A stretch of 64,000 nucleotides of DNA from positions 33,799 to 97,798 of the forward strand of contig JAQTRE010000001.1 in NCBI GenBank assembly GCA_028711995.1, in the 5' to 3' direction. The translations under genes and the position numbers were made by a program. The notes below the pieces were generated by a model. The model was not told the origin of the DNA, made no database searches, and saw only the letters and a list, made by a program, of their open reading frames with translations. Positions 1 to 9,806 of this stretch are shown here, in pieces (position 1 is the first letter of the stretch; every line of letters starts with the position of its first letter). This DNA is from Dehalococcoidia bacterium. Its GTDB lineage: Bacteria > Chloroflexota > Dehalococcoidia > SZUA-161 > SpSt-899.

Positions 1-1528
1 CGCCCATCAAGGACGCATGCATTCTGTTGATTTGAAATTCAAATGGATTATCGCGGATCGGATACTCATAGCCGCCAATCTTGAAACTGAAGTCGCCAGA
101 CACCTCGGAGTGGCCCGAGGCGCGGCTGTTTATGACATTCGCTGCCTTGCGTAGCGTCTCCAACCCAACTCCCGATTTGCTCAATCGCTCTGCTGCGGAC
201 ACCAAACCATGCTGGCACTTTCGGTCTACAAGTCCTTCGATTAGGGCGTTGGTGAGCTGACTAGGGACGAGTCTGGGATATTGTTTGTTCAGAACGCTGC
301 GGCAGAGCTTGACAAAGGCCGTCGCGCCCGGGCGGTCAGCCAAGCTTTGATGAGACATAGCAATAGCCAGCATATGATCCTGGCGTAACTTGAAGCAGGT
401 GGCACGCGCTGAGGTATGCCTTGACAAGTGACCCTTGTCGTGACCGGTGATTTCACGTTCGAGTTCGCACGGGACCCGTTCTTTGTCGATATAGGTGCTG
501 ATCGGCCACGCACGCCATGACTTTCGCCGGTCCGACTCGAATGCCTCACGGCCCGCCGCCGTACGCTGCATAATATCAATCAGATCGGCGTCATCAAACT
601 TCGACCCGATGCCGAAGAGTGCTTCGAGTGTAATCTTTCCCCTGATCAGAATATCTGCCAGCGCCCGCTGAAAGAGTATGGAGGCAGTTTGTGCCTCGAT
701 GCTTTCGTAAAGCGTATCCAAAAGGTGGCGGTTGAGCGAGTTCAGCAGCTTCCAATCCGGGTGGTCTTCATTTGCGGCAGAGACAAGGTTGTCAACGTCC
801 AGTTGGATGCCCAACGTCCCGGCAAATGCTAGGTCGCGCACGATAAAGTCGAGGCGGCTGAGGTTGTAAATTGAATAATCCCACAAGCAGTCTGGCGCGA
901 CAAGGATTTTGAAGCTTTCTTCCTCGGAGAATCCAGGCGAGTTGTCCCTTTGCCCGCCGAGAATCGTCCGAAGTTTCGGCTCCTGCGCCAGCTTCAACGC
1001 CGCAATCCAAAGATGGAGCTGCTGCCAGCGGTTCTGCTGAACAAGATACTCAAACCACTCGCTCGCCTCTTGCTTGCCCTTGTCTTTCACCAGACACAGC
1101 TTTTTGGTGCAGGTTGGACACGCCACCAACTGGTCTATAACTGGATGTACAAGTGTCCGCAGTTTAGCCTTGAAATTGGCATCCAAATGGCATGCGAGTA
1201 GCACCGCCTTCTCGGCATCATAGCTCATGGCAGCGTGGCCAGTCTGTGCGAAGCACAGACGACACCAGAAAGACCACAGGAATTTCTTGGGTAGACCCTT
1301 CTCCTTAGGTTGCTGGCACAGCTTATTGAAGATGCGCATCAATCCCACGAGGTGCTGGTGACGAGTGTGCATCGCGACTTCGTTGATGTGTGCGGTTAGG
1401 CCAAGGCTCTTAATTCCTTTGAGCCGTTCAAACTGGGGTTGTGCTGCCTCATAAAGTGCCATCGCTGGCCCAGAGAGAATTACCTCACAACGGAACGCGG
1501 GATCGGTGAAGCGCAGTTCCCTGCCCAT
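1..1528 (-). CDS. Uncharacterised protein, C-terminally truncated by the window edge and translationally coupled to hsdS. It has a Cys-rich cluster (CxxC...CPxC) and His-rich motifs (LTAHINEVAMHTRHQH, GHDKGH)
   Basis: My own reverse-complement translation of 1..1528 gives one uninterrupted frame of more than 500 codons. It starts at ATG 1528..1526, which overlaps the hsdS TGA (TGATG). It is absent from the supplied ORF track, presumably because no stop codon lies inside the window. Confidence 0.55.
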   Translation of the reverse strand, partial: MGRELRFTDPAFRCEVILSGPAMALYEAAQPQFERLKGIKSLGLTAHINEVAMHTRHQHLVGLMRIFNKLCQQPKEKGLPKKFLWSFWCRLCFAQTGHAAMSYDAEKAVLLACHLDANFKAKLRTLVHPVIDQLVACPTCTKKLCLVKDKGKQEASEWFEYLVQQNRWQQLHLWIAALKLAQEPKLRTILGGQRDNSPGFSEEESFKILVAPDCLWDYSIYNLSRLDFIVRDLAFAGTLGIQLDVDNLVSAANEDHPDWKLLNSLNRHLLDTLYESIEAQTASILFQRALADILIRGKITLEALFGIGSKFDDADLIDIMQRTAAGREAFESDRRKSWRAWPISTYIDKERVPCELEREITGHDKGHLSRHTSARATCFKLRQDHMLAIAMSHQSLADRPGATAFVKLCRSVLNKQYPRLVPSQLTNALIEGLVDRKCQHGLVSAAERLSKSGVGLETLRKAANVINSRASGHSEVSGDFSFKIGGYEYPIRDNPFEFQINRMHASLMG

Positions 1529-2679
1529 CACATTTCTCCCTTAAACGCCCGGTCAAGGATGGAGGGAAGAAGAGCATCCAGTTCAGCGGCAGTATCCCCT
1601 TGCAAGCGCCTTAGCGTGTCCACTTCAGCTTGCAGGTTGTCGAACCATACCTGCAAGCGATAATCCGGAACCGGCACAGTAATGCGAGCAAGCGCTTCCA
1701 AACCCAAGGTTCGATTGCGGCCGGCACCGCCGGGAGAGGCTTCGCCAAGGAGAGAGAGGCCCTCTTTTGTCAGAAAGAAGAAACAAAGGAAGTGACTTGT
1801 GCAAACTCCCACTTTGGGGACACACGTGATGAAGCGATGTGACCCAAATCTTCCTGCATCCTCCGCTCGCACGACTGCTACCGCACCCTCCCATGCAAAA
1901 ACATTGTTGAATATCAGATCACCCGGATGGATCTGATATAGTCGTTTTGACCCAAGGGCTACACCACTGAGCGGTGGCTTGTGGAAGGTGCCTTTGCCAA
2001 ATGATCGGATCCCCAGCTCCAGGTACTCGGCAAAGGCATCAACGGCAACAGATCGTCTAACTATCGGTGCCACTTCCCGGAGAGGCTGTCTCCTTACGTT
2101 CTGGATGATCGACGAGAAGACGGCCTCCATCATGCATTGCTCTTCGGTTTCAGTTTTCTTCCTTAGAGCTTTTGCCTCCTCAATTTGTGCCATCAGGTCT
2201 TCAATCCGAGCCACGATCCGCCGCTGCTCTGCCAACAACGGCAAGGGGATTTCAAGATTGAGAAAGATGCTCTCCTGCAAACGCACGCGATTTGTGGTCC
2301 CCTCACTCACCCCTTGGCACATCTCGACAAAGCCCGCCGTGCGACTCATCCATCTCATAAACGATGGCAGCAACTTGCTCTCATCAATGCTGAAGACGGG
2401 GAAATCACTAGTGACAATTGCTCCATCTAGCTCGTCTGGCACGACCCCCAGCGCACCGTTGCGCGCATCAATCCGCGATAGAATGAATTGCCCGGCATGT
2501 GCGACGAAGCGGCGCGACGACGCCACCTCCGCGCCCGTGACGATGCCGCGCAGGATAACTCCTTTGCCCCAAAGCTTGACGGTGAGTTCGCGATACTCGC
2601 CGTCAGGCTGTAACACAACGGTCTCTTCGCTGCGCCGTAGCACCTCTCCCAACCGCACGTTGGGCCACGTCGGGCTCAT
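1528..2679 (-). CDS. hsdS: Type I restriction-modification specificity subunit HsdS (two target-recognition domains)
   Basis: The central conserved region LPPLAEQRRIVARIEDL is typical of HsdS. The gene overlaps hsdM by 4 bp (ATGA). Confidence 0.8.
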   Translation of the reverse strand: MSPTWPNVRLGEVLRRSEETVVLQPDGEYRELTVKLWGKGVILRGIVTGAEVASSRRFVAHAGQFILSRIDARNGALGVVPDELDGAIVTSDFPVFSIDESKLLPSFMRWMSRTAGFVEMCQGVSEGTTNRVRLQESIFLNLEIPLPLLAEQRRIVARIEDLMAQIEEAKALRKKTETEEQCMMEAVFSSIIQNVRRQPLREVAPIVRRSVAVDAFAEYLELGIRSFGKGTFHKPPLSGVALGSKRLYQIHPGDLIFNNVFAWEGAVAVVRAEDAGRFGSHRFITCVPKVGVCTSHFLCFFFLTKEGLSLLGEASPGGAGRNRTLGLEALARITVPVPDYRLQVWFDNLQAEVDTLRRLQGDTAAELDALLPSILDRAFKGEM

Positions 2680-4214
2680 ACGCCCTCCCTAGTCAGTAGC
2701 CCTTGAATCCGGCCTACGATCTCCGCAATCCGCCGCTCTTTCTCGAGGATGCTAGCGGCGAGTTCTTCGGGCGGGAGGTGTGTGATGGATTCATTGCCAC
2801 GTGGGTTCTTGCGGTCGAGATTACACCCATTGGCGAGCAATTCAGCAGCAGGGACTTTCCATGCCCGATCGTTTTCTTCTCGTTTGCCCCACCACGTGAT
2901 GCAATCGGTGAATTCCTGGAACTGAAGTGACTGTGTCTTCGTGTAGCCCTTACGACCTGGGGGCAGCGGGTGCTCGTAGTACCAGACCTCTTTCGACGAG
3001 CCGGATCGGTCGAAAAAAAGGACGTTGGTCTGGATGTCGGTGTAAGGAGAAAAGACCCCTTTGGGCAAACGGACGATGGTGTGGAGATTGAACTCTCTGA
3101 GCAATTCCTCCTTGATACGAGCGCACACGCCATCGCCGAAGAGTGTGCCGTTGGGGACAACCACAGCGGCGCGTCCTGGTTTGGGCGTTCGGCGTAACTT
3201 GCGCATAAGCAATTGAAGGAAAAGCAGCGCCGTCTCAGCGGTTTTTTTGTCATCGGGGAAGTTGCCCAGAATGCCACGCTCTTCCTCACCACCAAAGGGC
3301 GGATTGGTCATAATAACGTCCACTCGATCCTTATCACCGATTTCGCGAAGGGGAAAGCGGAGGGCATTGAGCGGGTCGATAGTGGGCGTCTCCATGCCAT
3401 GAAGCAAAAGATTCATCTGGCAAAGGAGATAGGGCAAAGGCTTGGCCTCAACCCCGAACAGAGTCTCGCGTTGGAGGCGACGGTGGTCCCCGGCGGTCTT
3501 GAACTGCTTTTTGAGGTGCTCGAAGGACTCGGCCAAGAATCCGCCGGTGCCGCAGGCCGGATCAAGCACAGTCTCGCCAAGGCGAGGGTTGACCACGGCG
3601 ACGATGAACTTGACTAGGGGGCGCGGAGTGTAGAATTCACCATTCTCCCCGGCAGCGTCGCGCATTTCCTTCAGCATGGACTCGTAAAGATGGCCAAGGG
3701 TATAAATCTCCTCAGTAGACGTGAAGCGGATGCCATTGACCTTGTTGAGGATATCCCGCAAGAGGTAGCCGTTCAACATACGGTTGGTAGTGCCCGCAAA
3801 GACGGTACGAATGACATCGCGACGATCACCTCCGTTGGCCCCGGTGAGGGACTTGAGGTAAGCAAAAAGGCCTGGACCTCTGGTGTCATCAGGCCTGATG
3901 GCTTCATCGTTCTGGATAAAGGCAACAAGGGCGTCCCCGGTGATGCCGTCGGGTTTAGCAGCCCAATCACGCCAACGATAAGGTGACTCGATGGTGGGAC
4001 GGAAGCGTTTACCCTCCAGTGTGGCCTCGGTCTCGCGCACCTGCTCGAGGTCATCCAAAAACTTCAGAAACAGAATCCAGGTGAGCATCGGTAGCCGATC
4101 AAGATCGGTAGTGAGCCCCTTATCCTTGCGCATGATGTCTCGGCAGGACTTGATAAGGCTGCCAAGGGATTGGGCGGTTGTTTTTGGTGCTTGCGTTTGC
4201 CTGGTTCTGGCCAT
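2676..4214 (-). CDS. hsdM: Type I restriction-modification N6-adenine DNA methyltransferase HsdM
   Basis: NPPFG catalytic motif (IMTNPPFGG); HsdM-like N-terminus; sits between hsdR and hsdS. Confidence 0.9.
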   Translation of the reverse strand: MARTRQTQAPKTTAQSLGSLIKSCRDIMRKDKGLTTDLDRLPMLTWILFLKFLDDLEQVRETEATLEGKRFRPTIESPYRWRDWAAKPDGITGDALVAFIQNDEAIRPDDTRGPGLFAYLKSLTGANGGDRRDVIRTVFAGTTNRMLNGYLLRDILNKVNGIRFTSTEEIYTLGHLYESMLKEMRDAAGENGEFYTPRPLVKFIVAVVNPRLGETVLDPACGTGGFLAESFEHLKKQFKTAGDHRRLQRETLFGVEAKPLPYLLCQMNLLLHGMETPTIDPLNALRFPLREIGDKDRVDVIMTNPPFGGEEERGILGNFPDDKKTAETALLFLQLLMRKLRRTPKPGRAAVVVPNGTLFGDGVCARIKEELLREFNLHTIVRLPKGVFSPYTDIQTNVLFFDRSGSSKEVWYYEHPLPPGRKGYTKTQSLQFQEFTDCITWWGKREENDRAWKVPAAELLANGCNLDRKNPRGNESITHLPPEELAASILEKERRIAEIVGRIQGLLTREGV

Positions 4215-4219
4215 GATTT

Positions 4220-6562
4220 CTATCCCACCTCAGCGTAAAGTAGTGTCTGCATTTGTTCCAGCGCAAGGCGCAGTCTGTCCGCGCCACCGAAAAGGTCTGC
4301 AATCTCCAATACATTGCCGTGCTCGGAGATGGGAGGCACCTTCAGAATATCCGGCATCTTGAATTGCGCCGTACCGTGATCGATATATTTTTCCAGTATC
4401 TCGTTCAGAATCTGGCGCGCCTCGGGCTTGAAATATTCCCAGAAGTCCACCCGGCCCTTGCGGAGACGTTCGGCGCGTTCCCGGCGAGTACGTAGCGGGG
4501 CGTTGAAAGCTATGTAGCAGATCAAGTCGAACGGGTCGGCCTCCGACTGCTGAGCATTTTCAGTAAGTTGTTCCAGCGTGATGCCGTGGTCTTTCAGAGC
4601 CTCGATAATGGCTGAGCGTTCCTGGGCGTTGCTCCAATGGGAACGGAGTTGGGCAGCGGAAGCCCACATCCCCCGGATCTTCTCCGAGGCATAATCGGTG
4701 AATTTGACCACGCGGAGCTGCTTGCCGCTGGAATCTAGCTCATAGACAAAATGGGCGGCGATCTCTACTGATCCGCCATCCACGTAGAATTTGTGTAGAG
4801 AGGGCTCTGGTAATTCGGGTGGCACTGAGCCAGTTGGTTCAGGCGATGGCCCAAGTGGCGGCTCGGGTTGGGGAATGGGCTTGTCAATTGGTGTATCGGT
4901 CGGCGGATCGACAGGGTCACCATCGAAATCCGGATCGGCGAACAGCCTGGTAGCACTGCCGGTGTAGTCTAGAATGGAAAACCACAGTTTCCCATAATCG
5001 GCGCGAACTCTGGTGCCGCGCCCGATGATCTGTTTGAACTCAGTCATCGATTTGATAACTCGAACAATGACGATGTTCTTGCAGGTCTGCATGTCCACAC
5101 CGGTAGTGAGGAGTTTAGACGTCGTTACCACCACAGGCGTCACTGTCTCCAATTCTCGAAACCGGCTCAGATGACCCCGACCGATATCACCTTCGTCAGC
5201 AGTTATGCGCACAACATAGTCGGGATACTTCTGAGCAAGATCGGCAAAGAGGTTGTTGATGGCTTGCCTCATTTCATTGGCATGCTCTTGATCCACACAG
5301 AAGACAATGGTCTTGGCAAATGGGTCGCTCTTCCGCAAAAAATCGGCGATGCTTGCGGCAATTGTCTCGGTGCGGGCCTTGAGGGCAACAAGCCGTTCAA
5401 AATCTGGGGTTTCATAGGCTTCATCGGGAATGGGACGTCCATATCGGTCAAGTTCATCTTTGGATGGCCGCCATCCGATGGCATCGACATCGGTCACGAT
5501 GCGGTGAACCCGATAGGGCGCGAGAAATCCGTCATCAATACCCTGGCGAAGGCTATAGGTGTAGACGGGAGTTTGGAAGTAAAGGTACGTGTCCCGGTTC
5601 TCCTCGCGGAGCGGGGTGGCCGTCATGCCGAGTTGATACGCCGGGCGGAAGTATTCAAGGATTTCGCGCCAGTTGCTTTCGTCGCGGGCACTTCCCCGAT
5701 GGCACTCGTCCACGATTATAAGATCAAAGAATTCAGGGCTGTATTCGCGATAGAGGCCCGGTCGGCGTTCATCCTTGGCGATGGCCTGATAGGTGGCGAA
5801 ATATATCTCCCGGCTCTTAATGGCCTCACCTTCGATCTTCCATCGGGCATCCCCGAACGGGGCGAATTGCTTGTCCTTGGGATCATCTACGAGAATGGAG
5901 CGATCCGAAAGGTACAAGATGCGAGGGCGACGAGGTTGGCCAGTGCGGTTCCAGCGGGTGCTCCAGAGCTTCCAGCAGATATGAAAAGCAACGTCAGTTT
6001 TGCCGGTGCCCGTCGCCATGTTGACCAGAACACGGGGCTGTCCACTCAGAACAGCACGGATGACGCGATTGATTGCGATTTCCTGGTAATATCGTAGAGG
6101 TTTGCCGGGAACGGGCAGACTGGGGGCAAGGAAACGCTGCTGCTCCTCCGCCTGCTTCAGGCCGATATGGCCCTTCAACCGTTTCCACAGATCGTCGGGT
6201 GATGGAAAGGTATCGATGTTGCTTTCTTTGCCCGTGAGAAAGTCGTGTTCGACAATGCCGTGACCATTAGTGGAGTAGGCGAATTGTAGGTCGAGAATCT
6301 GAGCGTATTCTTTAGCTTGCTGAAGGCCATCGCCCGGGACCTTGTGGGAAGCTTTGGCCTCGACAACCGCGATCATCAGATTAGATCGATAGCGCAGGAG
6401 GTAGTCAGCCCTTTTCTGTGGCCGCCTCCATACCTTTGTCCCCGCGACTACGATCCGCCCGTCGGTGAATGATCGTTGCTCATTGATCTGATCATCATTC
6501 CAACCAGCCGCATACAGCTTTGGGAGGACGTACTTGCGGCAGGTGTCGGCTTCAGTAGGCAC
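4220..6562 (-). CDS. hsdR: Type I restriction enzyme endonuclease/helicase subunit HsdR
   Basis: The N-terminus (CRKYVLPKLYAAGW...AVVEAKA) is a classic HsdR N-domain; DEAH motif IIVDECHRGS; SF2 helicase motifs; ends 5 bp before hsdM. Confidence 0.85.
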   Translation of the reverse strand: MPTEADTCRKYVLPKLYAAGWNDDQINEQRSFTDGRIVVAGTKVWRRPQKRADYLLRYRSNLMIAVVEAKASHKVPGDGLQQAKEYAQILDLQFAYSTNGHGIVEHDFLTGKESNIDTFPSPDDLWKRLKGHIGLKQAEEQQRFLAPSLPVPGKPLRYYQEIAINRVIRAVLSGQPRVLVNMATGTGKTDVAFHICWKLWSTRWNRTGQPRRPRILYLSDRSILVDDPKDKQFAPFGDARWKIEGEAIKSREIYFATYQAIAKDERRPGLYREYSPEFFDLIIVDECHRGSARDESNWREILEYFRPAYQLGMTATPLREENRDTYLYFQTPVYTYSLRQGIDDGFLAPYRVHRIVTDVDAIGWRPSKDELDRYGRPIPDEAYETPDFERLVALKARTETIAASIADFLRKSDPFAKTIVFCVDQEHANEMRQAINNLFADLAQKYPDYVVRITADEGDIGRGHLSRFRELETVTPVVVTTSKLLTTGVDMQTCKNIVIVRVIKSMTEFKQIIGRGTRVRADYGKLWFSILDYTGSATRLFADPDFDGDPVDPPTDTPIDKPIPQPEPPLGPSPEPTGSVPPELPEPSLHKFYVDGGSVEIAAHFVYELDSSGKQLRVVKFTDYASEKIRGMWASAAQLRSHWSNAQERSAIIEALKDHGITLEQLTENAQQSEADPFDLICYIAFNAPLRTRRERAERLRKGRVDFWEYFKPEARQILNEILEKYIDHGTAQFKMPDILKVPPISEHGNVLEIADLFGGADRLRLALEQMQTLLYAEVG

Positions 6563-6921
6563 AGTTCTTAAGGCTCCTTTGTATCACTACATCTGCCTCC
6601 AAACATCGCTTGTTCTCGTCTTCATACCCGCATGTCACCTCTCGGCTTCTTTCAACCTTTGTCGATGCTGGCGAGCGTTTTCTTAATGCGCCCAATCCCG
6701 GACTTTACCGGTTTTAAGAGTAACAGCCCTAACCACTTAGACGGCCCCTAGCCTTGCAGAAATTGTAGCAGATGATATGAGCTAAAGCCAGTGGTATTCA
6801 GGGCACTAAGCTTAAACCGAACCATTTTCAGCAGCAAGCTGAGTCTCAAGGAAAAACGCCATTTGGGGTCGGCGTTCATGCGGTTGTTATGCCGATCCTG
6901 GGCAGCAGATCAATGACTATA

Positions 6922-8859
6922 TCAAATTTCAAGATCATATTCGTATTGGCTCCCCACAGATATCGCTTGGTCGGGGTTTAAGAAATCATTAATTGCTTGC
7001 TGATCAAGAAATGGCGCGGTTCTGACCTTATCATAAAGCTTCAACACTCGGCTCTTTGCTCGTTCAAGGACAGTGTTGTAGTCAAGCGGGATGATGCGAA
7101 CCCGGTCGTTTTTTTCAGAACGTTCTTCTGCTTCTATTGGATCAACCTCAGAGCCAACGACAAAGCAAGTAACTAAGGAATGTCCTTGAAGGAGACCCTT
7201 CCCGTATAGTTCTTTGACGTATTCCCAACTTTGTTGCTTCTCGTCGGTGCTGATAGGAATTCCGGGTTTCTTAAGTTCAACGACAACAAGTCGATCAATA
7301 CCGATTTCGCCTCCGCTACGATCATACTTAGGGTATGAGTAAAGTCCGACGGTGCCGTCTGGAATGATTACAAAGTCTGGACGTTTCCGGCTACCCTTTT
7401 GGGGAGACTGGAATAAGCGCTGGATTACTGTTGTCATTCCTTCGTTTGAAGTGAACTCGATGGTCTCAAACTCAGGGCCAAATATCCATAGGCCTTTATG
7501 AAACAGCGGTTGCAATTCATGGACCTCATCTGTCATCTTGCTCGATACCTTGTTTCTTAGATCGTCAATGAGCACGAGTCGTGTCTGTAGCTCATCGAGG
7601 ACGACTTTTGCCATATCTACTGTCCAATCGTCTAGTATGGTATATAGATCGTCAAGTTGATGGGGTTCAAGCTCGTTCAGTTTGTGGAGCAGAGAGTATT
7701 TGGATTCCGCGACTTCAAGATTAGCCAAGACACCAGACAGCTGAAGGAGGTCACGGTCATTGATGGATGGACACGACTCTTGCACTTGGGCGACGAAGTT
7801 GGTCCATCTCTCTGCATGCAGGGGGCTCATTTGCTTTATCTGATCCCTGTGTTGTTGTTTTATGTAGTTGAGATTGTCAGCGCGCTTTTCTTTCGATTGC
7901 TCCAGAAGATAGTCTCGAATTGCATGCTGCACTTTGGAATTTACACGACCGAAAAGCTCATTGTCTTCATTAAACCAGGACCAATCTGGTAGGACAGCGT
8001 TAGCCAGGCAGTCAGCCGAAACGATGAATGTATATCGTCGTGCTGGGATTCTCCTCCCATCGAGGAATGCTTCTTGCCCGGAACGCTTCCATGAACATTC
8101 GCCGACCAATCTCCCATTGACATGCCAAGCTATGCCATGCTGCTTCATTGTGCGATCAGTTTTGCGCGTGTCAATAACTGAAATGAGGACATTGCCAAGA
8201 CCATCAAGTTGCACTTGGATTTTATCAACGTTGGTCACCGGAATATCTTCAAAGGAGACTCTTTCTCCCGCAACGTAGACCTCAAAGTGTGGGTCCATTA
8301 AGAAACGCATTCCTATTTCTGCGCGCACATGGTCAGCTGTCAGTTTTGCGGGGAAGGGGTTTTCGACGATAATTTCTGTGCCAGTACCACCTCTTTCTGA
8401 TTCACTGACTCTAGTTACCTCGATTGGCAGAGACTCACCGCGCTTAACAGCGAAAGTGACTTCAATACCGTCTCGCCAGGTTCTCACCCGATTCTCATGA
8501 CCAAAGCAAAAAGCAGCAAAACGGCCCACGCCATTGCGGCCAAAAGCTGGACGTTGTGGCAAATCGAGGCCGGGGGGGAATTCAACAAAAGGACCTTGCT
8601 CCTGAGATCGATTGTAAGCTAGTGTGCGCCATCTTCTGTAGAATTGCTGTTCAGTCATTCCATGACCATTGTCAACGATTCGAAACGGACCGTCAGAATT
8701 CCCATAACCGGGCCACGAGACATCTACTCTGGTTGCTCCGGCGTCCCAAGAATTTGCGATCAATTCAACCAGAGCGGTTTTCTGGTCCTTAAGTAGTCTC
8801 GCTCCTGCAAATGAATCAAGAAATCTTGGATCAAATAGAACAAGTTGTTCTCGTTTCAC
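6922..8859 (-). CDS. GHKL (HATPase_c/MORC-MutL-like) ATPase fused to a C-terminal PD-(D/E)xK nuclease-like domain
   Basis: Bergerat-fold motifs ELIANSWDAGATRVDV and FRIVDNGHGM; C-terminal RPDFVII...VVVELKKPG matches PD-(D/E)xK. Probable GTG start at 8859, preceded by AAGGAG; the supplied ORF begins at a TTG at 8910. Confidence 0.6.
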   Translation of the reverse strand: MKREQLVLFDPRFLDSFAGARLLKDQKTALVELIANSWDAGATRVDVSWPGYGNSDGPFRIVDNGHGMTEQQFYRRWRTLAYNRSQEQGPFVEFPPGLDLPQRPAFGRNGVGRFAAFCFGHENRVRTWRDGIEVTFAVKRGESLPIEVTRVSESERGGTGTEIIVENPFPAKLTADHVRAEIGMRFLMDPHFEVYVAGERVSFEDIPVTNVDKIQVQLDGLGNVLISVIDTRKTDRTMKQHGIAWHVNGRLVGECSWKRSGQEAFLDGRRIPARRYTFIVSADCLANAVLPDWSWFNEDNELFGRVNSKVQHAIRDYLLEQSKEKRADNLNYIKQQHRDQIKQMSPLHAERWTNFVAQVQESCPSINDRDLLQLSGVLANLEVAESKYSLLHKLNELEPHQLDDLYTILDDWTVDMAKVVLDELQTRLVLIDDLRNKVSSKMTDEVHELQPLFHKGLWIFGPEFETIEFTSNEGMTTVIQRLFQSPQKGSRKRPDFVIIPDGTVGLYSYPKYDRSGGEIGIDRLVVVELKKPGIPISTDEKQQSWEYVKELYGKGLLQGHSLVTCFVVGSEVDPIEAEERSEKNDRVRIIPLDYNTVLERAKSRVLKLYDKVRTAPFLDQQAINDFLNPDQAISVGSQYEYDLEI

Positions 8860-8984
8860 AGCAGTTCTCCTTTTCGACAAGAGGTCGCGTCTTTCCTTGC
8901 GGCACAACAAGTGTCATGCGGAATTCTAGCGTTCCTGATATCCCATATCTTTTGCCTTCTATTCAGGCCCAAGTTGACCCCATT

Positions 8985-9806
8985 CTACACCACTCTGTTC
9001 GTTTTGACCACGGCCGTCAACGCACACCTGCAGGCGATCCACTCTGAGATATCTCCGGACTTGTCCCCCGGATACATGAGACCGGTCTGGGGGAACCGTT
9101 CCCCACGCCGGACAATTTTCCCATGTTCAGCGCGGTGTGACTCTCGGGTGCGGTCGTCCATGGCCGCCAGCCATTGCACCTTCTCAATCCCTGCTTCCTC
9201 ATAGGACATCATGGCACCTTTGTTCTGGGCACTACCGATCTCCGTCCGAGCGATGAACTCTGCCTCCTGATGGCTCATATCGTAGAATTTGTTGGAGAGT
9301 TGTTCGGCCAGATCGTCGGTGCCTAGGCCCTTTTCGTAGCCCTTCTGAATGATCTTCTTGATGTCTCCTTTCATTCGGCTCATCGTTTTCTCAGAGGCCA
9401 CGAGAGACCATTCGTCCAAGATACGTTTGACGTTCGGATTCTGGAGGTCCCATGAAAGGGCAATGCCGATCATCTCCTTGACCTCACGACCTCCCCGGAG
9501 ATAGCCGAATTCCATTCCCAGACCGACGTTCGATCGGTAGGCGTCATAAAGATTGGTTGCCCGGCTCATGATATCGGCTTCAACAGAGCCGAAGAGGTTG
9601 TCAGGGGACATCACCCGGTCCATTTTCTCCAGGTCAGCGATGGTCTTCACACCGAGCCCCAGGAGAACCTTGCGCAGTTCTTTTACAAAGGCACGTTCTA
9701 TCTTGGTCAGTTTCTTGGGTGTCCGGTACAGCGCCGGCATCTCTCCGGTTTGTGACAGCACATGGATAGCCACGGCCCAATCATTGGCATCATTGATGGT
9801 TGCCAT
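8985..9806 (-). CDS. Phage head morphogenesis protein (Mu gpF / SPP1 gp7 family)
   Basis: The C-terminal DDRTRESHRAEHGKI motif is typical of the Mu F-like minor head protein. The start was moved to the internal ATG at 9806, which has a GGAGAAG ribosome-binding site, to avoid a 250-bp overlap with the portal gene. Confidence 0.6.
   Translation of the reverse strand: MATINDANDWAVAIHVLSQTGEMPALYRTPKKLTKIERAFVKELRKVLLGLGVKTIADLEKMDRVMSPDNLFGSVEADIMSRATNLYDAYRSNVGLGMEFGYLRGGREVKEMIGIALSWDLQNPNVKRILDEWSLVASEKTMSRMKGDIKKIIQKGYEKGLGTDDLAEQLSNKFYDMSHQEAEFIARTEIGSAQNKGAMMSYEEAGIEKVQWLAAMDDRTRESHRAEHGKIVRRGERFPQTGLMYPGDKSGDISEWIACRCALTAVVKTNRVV

Noticed and set aside
289-1201. Small ORFs 289-579, 792-1010 and 950-1201 listed in the track
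   Set aside because: They lie in alternative frames inside the long minus-strand gene X, which has an uninterrupted frame and a coupled start.
1-1528. Calling gene X an HD-domain dNTPase-like phosphohydrolase
   Set aside because: His motifs are present, but their order and spacing do not match the canonical H...HD...D arrangement. It is left as uncharacterised.
1979-2692. 237-aa plus-strand ORF, along with 5171-6097, 10228-11061, 15576-16727, 49276-50556 and 62217-63323; all are long ORFs antisense to well-supported genes
   Set aside because: Each lies entirely within and opposite to a gene with clear family motifs (hsdS, hsdR, portal, Dam-like, fabF, aor). None has a ribosome-binding site. 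They are typical GC-rich antisense frames.
6855-6875. Possible attR (GCCATTTGGGGTCGGCG) resembling the tRNA-His flank GCCATTTT...TTTTTGGGGTGGG
   Set aside because: Only about 7+7 nt match with a gap. This is far too weak for an att core.
9003-9019. Palindrome TTGACCACGGCCGTCAA near the phage/defence-island junction as a possible att or terminator
   Set aside because: It lies inside the 3' coding end of the Mu-F-like gene, not in the intergenic gap, and has no flanking U tract.
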